A stretch of 64,000 nt of DNA. Source: Nitrospirota bacterium. GTDB taxonomy: Bacteria; Nitrospinota_A; UBA7883; JACRGQ01. Positions 31,910-40,219 of the stretch are shown one piece after another. How positions within the stretch are numbered: the stretch's first letter is position 1; each line of letters begins with the position of its first letter. Location of the stretch: the NCBI GenBank assembly GCA_024275955.1, contig JAJRYD010000004.1:69346-133345 (forward strand), read 5' to 3'. Both the position numbers and the translations under genes were made by a program. The notes beneath the pieces were generated by a model. The model saw nothing but the letters and a program-made list of their open reading frames with translations. It ran no database searches and had not been told where the DNA came from.

Positions 31910-32085
31910 ATACCTAACCGCAAAGAGAACCGGATTGAAACCAAGAGACGAAGTAGCAAAATGGTTCTATAACCTCCAGAACCACCCGGGTTCGCAACAA
32001 GCCCGGAACAGCTTTTTGGTTTCTCTCCAGTTACGAGAGTACCAGTTACATTAGGGGGAGCGGTCACACCTCCCCCTAACTTTTC
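31910..32085 (+). ncRNA. Candidate sigma54-dependent small RNA (may instead or also encode a 39-aa peptide at 31935-32054)
   Basis: It is bounded by the sigma54 promoter and an intrinsic terminator. Stems: GAAACCAAGAG/CTTTTTGGTTTC enclosing TGGTTCT..AGAACCA and CCGGG..CCCGG. Confidence 0.5.
32051..32085 (+). terminator. Intrinsic terminator
   Basis: TTAGGGGGAG-loop-CTCCCCCTAA followed by CTTTTCT. Confidence 0.7.
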
Positions 32086-32161
32086 TCTGCCGACCAAAAC
32101 CGCTAACTGCTAGAATCTTAAACAGCGGTTCAAGTCTCATTTTTTTTAGAGGTCAATTTTT

Positions 32162-33496
32162 TTGCCAAACAGAAATCTTTTTAGCGACAGCGATAAGCCG
32201 AGCCAAAAGCCTCTAACGGTAAACGGCGGCATAGCTCCTCTCGCCGAGAGGATGAGACCGGAATCGCTAGGCGACCTTATGGGGCAGGAGCATCTAATAG
32301 GCAAAGGAAAGCCTTTTAGGAAACTGATAGAGGAAGATAGGTTCGGCTCGCTTATTTTATGGGGTTCACCAGGCTCTGGTAAAACAACTTTGGCTAGAAT
32401 AATTTCCAAAATTTCCGGCAGGACTTTCAGGTCGTTAAGCGCCGTCGAGTCGGGAGTGAAAGATTTAAAAGAAGCTGTAAAGGAAGCAAAGTTCAATCTC
32501 GATTCCGGCCGGAAAACGGTTCTCTTTATAGATGAGATTCACCGCTACAGCAAGATCCAGCAAGATGCCCTGCTACCGCACGTTGAAAACGGCCTTATAA
32601 CCCTCATAGGTGCCACCACGGAAAACCCGTCGTTCGGCATCATTCCGGCATTAAGGTCGCGTTGCTCTACGCTGGAACTAAAACCGCTTGGCGAAAAGGA
32701 AATAGTTTTGATACTGGAGCGAGCCGATAAGGATGCGGAACGTGGGCTTGGAAAAACCGATGTTTCGGTTTTAAGAGAAACTCTGGAGCAGGTAGCTCTG
32801 CTTGCCGGAGGCGACGCTCGTGTGGCGCTCTCGCTTTTAGAAGCTTGTGCCGATGCTTCCGAAAACGGCAAAATAACAAAACAGATAGTGGAAGATGTCT
32901 CGCAAAAGGCGTTTTTGCTTTACGACAAAAGCGGACAGACGCACTACGACCACGCCTCGGCCTTCCAGAAATCGCTAAGAGGCTCCGACCCGGATGCCGC
33001 CATCTACTGGATGGCGAAGATGCTCGAAGCTGGTGAAGACCCGAAGTTCATAGCGAGACGGCTTATCGTATGCGCCGCAGAAGATGTAGGCAACGCAGAC
33101 CCAACAGCGCTGATACTATCGGTATCGGCGGCGGAAGCGGTGGAAAAGATAGGACTGCCGGAAGGAAGGATACCGCTAGCGCAGGCGGTACTGTATGTCG
33201 CTTGCGCCCCAAAGTCGAACAGCGCGTACAAAGCTATCGACACCGCTATTGCAGAGGTAAGAGAATCCGGCTCGCACCCGCAGGTGCCACCGCACCTAAG
33301 GGACGAAGCATACAAAAAAGCGGCAAAGCTGAAAGATGAAGGAAGCTACCTATACCCTCACGACCAGCCGAACCATTGGGTCGAACAGGATTATCTGCCA
33401 GATGAGCTTAAAGGGAAAAAATTCTACCACCCATCCAAACATGGCAGAGAAGCTACGTTCGAAGAGCGTCTAAAAGATATAAAACGAAAGAAGTAA
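32162..33496 (+). CDS. rarA: Replication-associated recombination protein A
   Basis: PLAERMRP, WGSPGSGKTT, FIDEIHR, GATTENP, SAFQKSLRGSDPDAA, YLYPH. Confidence 0.96.
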   Translation: MPNRNLFSDSDKPSQKPLTVNGGIAPLAERMRPESLGDLMGQEHLIGKGKPFRKLIEEDRFGSLILWGSPGSGKTTLARIISKISGRTFRSLSAVESGVKDLKEAVKEAKFNLDSGRKTVLFIDEIHRYSKIQQDALLPHVENGLITLIGATTENPSFGIIPALRSRCSTLELKPLGEKEIVLILERADKDAERGLGKTDVSVLRETLEQVALLAGGDARVALSLLEACADASENGKITKQIVEDVSQKAFLLYDKSGQTHYDHASAFQKSLRGSDPDAAIYWMAKMLEAGEDPKFIARRLIVCAAEDVGNADPTALILSVSAAEAVEKIGLPEGRIPLAQAVLYVACAPKSNSAYKAIDTAIAEVRESGSHPQVPPHLRDEAYKKAAKLKDEGSYLYPHDQPNHWVEQDYLPDELKGKKFYHPSKHGREATFEERLKDIKRKK

Positions 33497-33524
33497 TATT
33501 CACCGCAGGGAAAGTTTACCGCAG

Positions 33525-33652
33525 GGGACTGTTTCCAAAAGAGTTTTTTGAGCATTTTAAAGAAAAGCTCATTTTCTAACTTCGTAAAAACAGAGGCTTT
33601 AGAGCTTGGCGATTTACACGAAATTCAATTTATACCATTCGGCAACAGCCCC
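33525..33652. mobile_element. MITE-A copy 4 (128 bp), inserted into a CGCAGAG-type repeat
   Basis: 5-bp duplication CGCAG at 33520-33524 and 33653-33657. Confidence 0.92.
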
Positions 33653-33778
33653 CGCAGAGGCGCAGAGAACGCAGAGTTACCGCTTCGCGGTAACTCAGGT
33701 ACCTGAGCAAAGCGAAGATTCGCGTCCCTGCTTCCTTAATTTTTAAATTAGATAGATTGCGGGGGTTCCTGCCTGAGA

Positions 33779-33802
33779 CGCAGACAAGAATGTCTGCGCT
33801 AC
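33779..33802 (-). repeat. REP with GTAG foot: GTAG-CGCAGACA-ttct-TGTCTGCG
   Basis: Perfect 8-bp palindrome preceded by GTAG, abutting the transposase stop codon. Confidence 0.75.
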
Positions 33803-34300
33803 TAGTACCGCTTGATGAAGTTGTCATGCTCCAACAGCCATTTGTAATGCACAAGATTCTCCACCAAACCTCCTGTTATAGGATTATTTTTAATATACTT
33901 ATATTTCTGCCGCCATTCCTTTTCATTCCGTATAATTCTATCGAACGATTCAGCAAGCCAAAACTGCCCTTTCCATCCAAGAAGCTTGTTTACTTTTCTG
34001 GCTGTTACTCCTTTCAACGGTTTAAGTATCTCCTGTAATGAAAAGTACGAATCCTCACTCTTCTTCAAAATGCGAAAAAGGATATGGGCATGATCGGTCA
34101 TAACAACGGCGATGGAAAGCTCGTACCGCTTTTTGTCGAAAAATAGAATCCCTTCTGCGACTATATCTCTCGCTTCCGGAATCATCTCCATCTTTTTGGT
34201 GCCTGAAGGTTATAAAATACCAGCTTCCCCCAATCTGCCAGTGAGGAAGATTCCTCTGGTGAACAGTAAGTTGCTTTTCCGTTATTCTTGGAGGCTTCAT
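33802..34300 (-). pseudogene. REP-associated tyrosine transposase (RAYT, Y1/HUH family), frameshifted
   Basis: N-part RNLPHW...YFITFR (ORF 34055-34300) joins C-part VMTDHAH...LKG.TAR...FW..SFDRIIR...YIKNNP (ORF 33802-34191). One extra base lies near 34201. Confidence 0.85.
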
Positions 34301-34336
34301 TTTCTCGGTAAAATATCACAGTATTCTTAAGCGATG

Positions 34337-34360
34337 GTAGCTTAGGCATTTTTGTCTGAG
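34337..34360 (+). repeat. Degenerate REP upstream of the RAYT: GTAG-CTTAGGCA-tttt-TGTCTGAG
   Basis: GTAG foot plus a G-U-tolerant palindrome similar to 33779-33802, in the opposite orientation. Confidence 0.6.
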
Positions 34361-34438
34361 AGAGACGCTAGACGAGGAGCCCCCGCTATTGATGGAATCG
34401 ATAATGAAGCAGGGACAGGTGCCTGTTCTAGCGAGAGC

Positions 34439-34474
34439 AAAAAAAAGGCCCGAGGGGAAAACCCCCGGGCCTTT
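34439..34474 (-). terminator. Intrinsic terminator of the cyc2-like gene
   Basis: GC-rich hairpin AAAGGCCCG(A)GGGG-AAAA-CCCCCGGGCCTTT; the A-run on the + strand gives a U-tail on the minus strand. Confidence 0.85.
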
Positions 34475-34504
34475 AAAAGAACTAATGTTCAAGCTAAGCG
34501 TTGA

Positions 34505-35722
34505 TTATATGGCAAACTCAAGCATAAGGATCATGTAGTTGTCATGGCCTCTACCGTCGCCGCTGTAAGCGGAGTACTCGGCAATAAGCTCAACATTCTG
34601 ACGAACATTCCACCAGCCACCAATTGAAGTGGTAGTCGAATCAGCAGCTGTAGCACCGTTCTCGTTGTTGATCTGCAACAAGGCCGCTTTGATACCTGTA
34701 TGAGCAAACCCAAGCGACGCGCCCAAGCTAAACGCGTCCTCAGAGTCGGTAGTAGAAGCGTTGTAGATGGTGTTTTTTGGGTTGGTCTGGTAAGTACCAG
34801 TAATATCAAGGGTCATACCATTAATGTCTTCAATCTGTGCCTGAAAGTCGATAGCGGTTGACTCTGTTTTGTACTCTTTCAGAGCAGTAACAGTACCGCC
34901 GCACTTGGTTCCGCACTTGGTCTTACCGGAAGTACCCTGGTAACCGATCATAAGGTCTACGCCGTCCCATACCTTAGGGGTAATGATAAAGCGAACGTAG
35001 GTTGAAAGGTCGAAGTTGGTATCGATGCTCTTTTGAGCAGGACCCCAAAGAGTAAAGTTGGCAAAGAAAAGCTCGTTGCCGCCGAATACGCCGATACCAG
35101 AAGCAGTACCCTGCGCAGGACCGTCGATAGCGAACGCCGCGATAGTTTCAGTTCTGTTTTCCCATCCACGGTTGAACCTGTGCGCGTTGTTCATAAGCTC
35201 CATGCCGTAGGAAGCTCCGCCAGCGTCAGTAGAGAATACTGTCGCGCCGCCCTGGAAACCGCCAAAGTCTTTCGAGAATATAAACTTGTTGGTTGCATCT
35301 TTGTTTGCGCCTTCGGTAAGGAAACCAAAGTTATCGCCTACACGACCGCCGATAAACAGCGCCGCCTCATCAGGCAGGTCAAGCTGACCACGGTCGGTCC
35401 CAACTGCTACTTCACCAGCGGCAGGCTTGTCTTTAGTAGAAGTCTTTTTGTAGCGCCATTTGTAGACCATTGATACATTAGCAACTGCTGGAATCGAAAG
35501 ACCATCATCTTCGATGAGATCTTGTGATGCCTGAGTAAAACCGCCGATCTTGAATTCGCGGCCGAAAGCGTTAAGCTTTGGAAGATGCTGGAAGTGGCAA
35601 GCGTCGCAACCCACGCCAACCTGACGTGCGAAAGACGGAATCGCTTCTGCGCTTTTAGGAGCAACGAAAAGCCCAACAACGGCAACCACTACCGCCAACA
35701 TTAAAGAACTAAACCGTTTCAT
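34505..35722 (-). CDS. cyc2: Cyc2-like outer-membrane monoheme cytochrome c-porin fusion (candidate iron oxidase)
   Basis: A signal peptide ending AEA is followed by IPSFARQVGVGCDACHFQHLPKLNAFGREFK (single CxxCH) and an amphipathic beta-strand-rich C-terminus. Strong SD AGGAGG. Confidence 0.85.
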   Translation of the reverse strand: MKRFSSLMLAVVVAVVGLFVAPKSAEAIPSFARQVGVGCDACHFQHLPKLNAFGREFKIGGFTQASQDLIEDDGLSIPAVANVSMVYKWRYKKTSTKDKPAAGEVAVGTDRGQLDLPDEAALFIGGRVGDNFGFLTEGANKDATNKFIFSKDFGGFQGGATVFSTDAGGASYGMELMNNAHRFNRGWENRTETIAAFAIDGPAQGTASGIGVFGGNELFFANFTLWGPAQKSIDTNFDLSTYVRFIITPKVWDGVDLMIGYQGTSGKTKCGTKCGGTVTALKEYKTESTAIDFQAQIEDINGMTLDITGTYQTNPKNTIYNASTTDSEDAFSLGASLGFAHTGIKAALLQINNENGATAADSTTTSIGGWWNVRQNVELIAEYSAYSGDGRGHDNYMILMLEFAI

Positions 35723-35881
35723 TTAGTAACCTCCTGGTTTCAAAAAACCGAGTTTATAATTTTTATTTATCCCTAACCTTTTAATTGAAAAACTAAACCA
35801 GACCTTCGAGAACCACCTCCCTTTTTAACCTTACAGGTTTTTTTTATTATACATATAGCACAAACAGCATAAAACGTAGAA

Positions 35882-35910
35882 ATAATAACAACTTACGCCT
35901 ATTCTGTCAA
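35882..35910 (-). promoter_or_regulatory. Near-consensus sigma70 promoter for cyc2
   Basis: Minus strand TTGACA-17 nt-TATTAT with an extended -10 TG. Confidence 0.7.
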
Positions 35911-36316
35911 TAAATAATTAAAGAAGCTAAAAAAGCACTCACACTAAGCCTGTTTAGCGAATAAAAACCGAAACTACTAACAACCCACTGACTTTTAAGA
36001 CGCTATATACGAAAGATTGACGCAAAAAACAGACTTCCCTAACTCCCTCTAAATATCTCTGGCTAGTATACATTATAGAAACAGATTGACAAGAAAAAAT
36101 AGTTGAAAACCACCGAAAGTATGGGGCTATAAATATTTATCGCTTTTTGAATTGCAGATATTTTTTTAGAAAAGCAAAAATGGAAAACAAGACCCTAAAA
36201 TAAAAAGTTTTCATTTTTAAATTTTGATTAGCAAACTTTTTGCTGTCTTTTTTATTTTTAAAACTTGCTTCTAGTCAAAAAGTATTTGAAAAAAATTGAG
36301 TGCGAACTTATTTTAA

Positions 36317-36446
36317 GGGGCTGTTGCCGAAATAGTTTTTGGAGTGTTTCAAGAAAAGACTCATCTCTTAATTTATTCAAACATAGATGCTTTAGCGGCG
36401 GGTAATTTTAAACCGAATCAAATTTATGGGATTTGGCAACAGTTTC
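36317..36446. mobile_element. MITE-A copy 5 (130 bp, most diverged)
   Basis: GGGGCTGTTGCCGAA...TTTGGCAACAGTTTC; 5-bp duplication TTTAA at 36312-36316 and 36447-36451. Confidence 0.85.
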
Positions 36447-36763
36447 TTTAAGCATATTAGCTTCATCGCCGTTCGCGCAGATGTTTTTAATGTTAAAGAG
36501 CTATCTAATTCACTTTAGTGCGTTCGTACCTGCCCACCTTAGACCCAGCATACCGTGAAAGTTTAATTAAAGGCTGGTAAAAACTTCGGATTGATTACTA
36601 AAATATTTTTCAACCTCGCTTTGCCCGCAGAATGCCGACCCGTTTCGAACAGCAACAGCCTAACCGCCCTCAGCGCTTTGTGCCAACCCTTCGTCTGTTT
36701 TTTACCACAGAGTAGCGGAGTAGCGGAGGGATGCGCTTTTTTTGCGTTGCAAATGAGTAAGAA

Positions 36764-36892
36764 GGGGCTGTTTTCAAAAGAGTTTTTTGAGCATTTTAAA
36801 GAAAAGTTCATTTTCTAACTTTGTAAAAACAGAGGCTTTAGAGATTGGCGGTTTACAGCAAAACCAAATTTATGCCATTCGGCAACAGCCCC
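36764..36892. mobile_element. MITE-A copy 6 (129 bp)
   Basis: 5-bp duplication AAGAA at 36759-36763 and 36893-36897. Confidence 0.92.
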
Positions 36893-37061
36893 AAGAAGGC
36901 ACCTGTACGGATGAATATTTTTCGACAATACGCCAGCAGAGAATAGACAGAAGGCTCCTTATCGCAACCATCACAAGAGGAAAAACCGCATGCTTCTATA
37001 TCAGCTTTATTCTCTGCTCTCTTTCAGCCGCCGCCTCTGCGGTAAAAGCCCCTTCCCAGAG

Positions 37062-39035
37062 CTATGCGTCGGCGTAGCGCGCCATGAAACGTTTCTTCTC
37101 ACGCGCGTCGGGCCACATGGCGATAATTGTGCCGATTCCAAGAAGCCAACCGCCCAACCATATCCATTTTACAAGCGGGTTTATATGAACCTTGAAACTT
37201 GCTACTTCGTCTTCGTTAAGCGCGGCGAAGATAACATAGATATCTTCTTTCATGGTGGAATGTATCGCCACTTCGGAGTTGCTCATCTCCTGATTTGAAT
37301 AAAAATTCTTTTCCGGCTGGAGGTAGCCTATTTTCTTGCCACCCTTTTCTACCAGCAAAGTAGCTACGACCTCTTCTTTTGTCGGTCTTGGGTTTGTATT
37401 GGTATACCCAATATAGGTTAAGCGGTAGTCTTTTATCTCGAAACTCCCGCCAGCCTTAACCGCGAAATCTCCCTGACTGTTGTACGCTCCGCCAGCAAAG
37501 CCGACAAACATAACCAGCATGCCGGTATGTATTATGTAGCCGCCGTACCTGCGCTTATTTCTCCAGATAAGGTTGAATAAAGCTTTTAGCATATTCTCCT
37601 TACCGCCTGCCGACCTTGCGCGCACGCCTCTGGCGAACTCAAGGAAAATAGTAGCGGCGACAAAAATGGCCGCTGTAAAAAATACCCACGGCAAAGGCTC
37701 CCTTACGCCAAAGACAAGAAGAGCGCCGCCGCCGACAACCGCCGTCATAAGAGGCATAAGAAAATTTCTTTTAAGGTTCGCCAATGAAGCTTTGCGCCAC
37801 GGTATAAGCGGGCAGATGCCGGTAAGCACAAGAAGCGCCAGCCCTATAGGGAACATAACCTTGTTATAAAAAGGCGGGCCGACAGTTATCTTCACTCCCC
37901 GCACAGCTTCAGAAATCATAGGAAAAAGCGTACCCCAAAAAATGGCGAACGCCGCGCCGACAAGTATAAGGTTGTTAAAAAGAAAACTAGACTCGCGGGA
38001 TATCATAGAGTCGAGCTGGTTTTTAGATTGAAGCAGTTCGCGCCTTGTGTAAATCATGTAGGTGGAGAAAGCTAATATAACGAAGAGGAACGCAAGAAAG
38101 TAATAGCCTACCGTGCTTTCGCCAAACGCATGCACCGAAGATATAAGGCCGGAACGTGTGATAAACGTTCCAAAGATAGTAAGGGCAAACGTGGCGGTAA
38201 CAAGTATTACGCCCCAAAACTTAAGCATATCTTTCTTCTCGGTAATCATTACCGAATGCAGGTACGCGGTGCCTACAAGCCACGGCATAAACGACGCGTT
38301 CTCTACAGGATCCCATGCCCAGTAGCCGCCCCAGCCAAGTTCTACATACGCCCAGTTGGCTCCAAGAAGGTTTCCCATCCCAAGAAAGAACCACGCGAAT
38401 ATCGTCCACCTTCTGGTAGACCTTATCCAGATATCGCCAAGCTGGCCGGTCGCGAGAGCCGCCATAGCGAAAGCATACGGAATGATGAACGCAACGAAAC
38501 CTATGTAAAGGGTAGGGGGATGAAAAACCATCCCCGGGTTTTGGAGCATAGGGTTAAGCCCGTAGCCGTCTGGTGGCAGTACCGCGTTCTTCGCAAAGAC
38601 AGGCGAAGCGACAACCATCAAGACGCTGAACAAAACAAGAGTAGCAGAGAGAATAGCTACAACGTAAGGTATAAGCCGTCGGTTATGCTCCCTGTTTTGA
38701 AATATAGCGACGCTCCCAAAAAGCGAAAGCATCCAGCCCCACAAAAGTAGCGACCCTTTTTGCCCGGCCCAAAAAGCCGAGATGGTGTAGAAAAGCGGAA
38801 GGTCTCTGCTTGAGTAGTTGTAAACATACTGCAAAGAAAAGTCGTGCGTTAAAAACGCGCGCAGTAAAACAACCGAGGCGATAGAAAACAGAATGAACAT
38901 AGCAAAGAAACTGTTCTGTCCGCTTCTTACCATCACACTGTTGCCGGTATGCCCGCCCCAATACGAGACAAGCGTGGCATATAACGAGACCACAAGGGCA
39001 AGTGATAGAGAGATTTCACCGATTGCAACCATCAT
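37062..39035 (-). CDS. ccmF: Cytochrome c biogenesis heme lyase CcmF
   Basis: GLNPMLQ, HPP.LY.G, WAYVELGWGGYWAWDPVEN (WWD domain), SVHAF. Confidence 0.97.
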   Translation of the reverse strand: MMVAIGEISLSLALVVSLYATLVSYWGGHTGNSVMVRSGQNSFFAMFILFSIASVVLLRAFLTHDFSLQYVYNYSSRDLPLFYTISAFWAGQKGSLLLWGWMLSLFGSVAIFQNREHNRRLIPYVVAILSATLVLFSVLMVVASPVFAKNAVLPPDGYGLNPMLQNPGMVFHPPTLYIGFVAFIIPYAFAMAALATGQLGDIWIRSTRRWTIFAWFFLGMGNLLGANWAYVELGWGGYWAWDPVENASFMPWLVGTAYLHSVMITEKKDMLKFWGVILVTATFALTIFGTFITRSGLISSVHAFGESTVGYYFLAFLFVILAFSTYMIYTRRELLQSKNQLDSMISRESSFLFNNLILVGAAFAIFWGTLFPMISEAVRGVKITVGPPFYNKVMFPIGLALLVLTGICPLIPWRKASLANLKRNFLMPLMTAVVGGGALLVFGVREPLPWVFFTAAIFVAATIFLEFARGVRARSAGGKENMLKALFNLIWRNKRRYGGYIIHTGMLVMFVGFAGGAYNSQGDFAVKAGGSFEIKDYRLTYIGYTNTNPRPTKEEVVATLLVEKGGKKIGYLQPEKNFYSNQEMSNSEVAIHSTMKEDIYVIFAALNEDEVASFKVHINPLVKWIWLGGWLLGIGTIIAMWPDAREKKRFMARYADA

Positions 39036-39040
39036 ATCAG

Positions 39041-39475
39041 CTACTCCACCAACGGCCGAGGAATGAATGAGGCTTTCATCCCTTCTTCTTCGGTTGCTTC
39101 GTACTTAGATGGACAACTTGTAAGAAGGGTGTGTGCTTCGAACTTTCCAGAAGACTGGTCGAACTTACCTTGAACGACAACATCTATATCGTCATCAAAA
39201 AGGTCGGGAAGGGCGCCTCTGTACGTTACAGGTATATTTTCGCTATCGTCGGTAAGCATAAAACTCGCGCCAAGGGAGTCTTTGTCTTTTTGAATCGAAC
39301 CGGCAAGTACCAGCCCCTCTATTCTCATATCCTCTGTAGAACTCTTCATAGGAACAGCTTCCGTAACGGTTAGGTAATAAACAGAAGTCTCTTCAATGCC
39401 TGTGTAGACGAGATAAGTGATGGCGACGACCACAACAGCGGCGCCCGCAAAAAACTTGGATTGATTGTTCTTCAT
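39041..39475 (-). CDS. ccmE: Heme chaperone CcmE, CxxxY variant
   Basis: N-terminal TM, YYLT, V.Y.G.LPDLF, CPSKY. Confidence 0.93.
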   Translation of the reverse strand: MKNNQSKFFAGAAVVVVAITYLVYTGIEETSVYYLTVTEAVPMKSSTEDMRIEGLVLAGSIQKDKDSLGASFMLTDDSENIPVTYRGALPDLFDDDIDVVVQGKFDQSSGKFEAHTLLTSCPSKYEATEEEGMKASFIPRPLVE

Positions 39476-39602
39476 ATTGTACAGCCTGCTCCCATGTATG
39501 TGTAATGCTTCAGTGGGTGTTATCTATCCAACTCAGGTGCCTAAGGAAAGATACTATACCACCCGACAGACCTACAGGCAATAATCTAGAAAAATGGCGA
39601 TA

Positions 39603-39775
39603 GGCAGGGTATCAGTTCGAAAATTACAGTCATCTTTCTCCTCCCAATTGCAAAGCAGAAGGTGAGCTGTTCCGCGAGTGCGGAATGGAGCGGTTATCCT
39701 TAAGTGGTACCCCTTTTAAGCCCCCTCCTTTGAGCAAAGAGGGGAAGCCACTGAAATTAAAACTGATGTGCTACC
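39603..39775. mobile_element. MITE-B copy 2 (173 bp, diverged)
   Basis: GGCAGGGTATCAGTT...AACTGATGTGCTACC; colinear with 11354-11529; no clear target duplication. Confidence 0.75.
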
Positions 39776-39844
39776 GAAGGAATATGGCAGTACGTTTCCT
39801 CATTGAACTTGAGAATATATTTAAATATATCTATCACCGTAGCC

Positions 39845-40113
39845 TGTAGAAAAAAGCAACAAGAAGGTAACTCTAATTCATTAAATCAAGCAGTTGCTAA
39901 AGAAAGCTTTAAAAATGTTGATAACTTTCGGCCTCATTCAGTGAAGCTTTATAAAAATACCATTTTTTCAAATAGTTCACCTCATCACAATGAAAAATAA
40001 GCTGTTATAGCTGTGCCTATTTTGTGGTCAATATGGGGAAAAGATGCAATTTGCAAGGCAATTTTGCTCTTTTTGGGAGTTATGCACACCTTTTCCACCA
40101 AATCTGTGGAAAA
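39845..40113. promoter_or_regulatory. Cluster of DnaA-box-like 9-mers in an AT-rich spacer
   Basis: TTATGCACA (40080) and TGTGGAAAA (40105) fit TTWTNCACA. Near-matches: TGTTGATAA (39916), TTTTCCACC (40091), TGTGGTCAA (40023), TGGGGAAAA (40034), TGTAGAAAA (39845). Confidence 0.55.
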
Positions 40114-40219
40114 GAAAAAGTCAGCAAAACCGGCCTTCTAAGAAAAATTAAAGAAAAAAGAACAAAAGTAAGAGTAGGAGCCAGCAGGGTGGAAATATAG
40201 GGCGAAACCTCTTTATCGT

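Noticed and set aside
36563..37298. Short ORFs between cyc2 and ccmF
   Set aside because: They are largely translations of MITE-A and repeats, or antisense to ccmF.
39803..40000. 65-aa ORF in the AT-rich spacer
   Set aside because: It has a TTG start, no SD and no motifs, and it overlaps the DnaA-box-like region.
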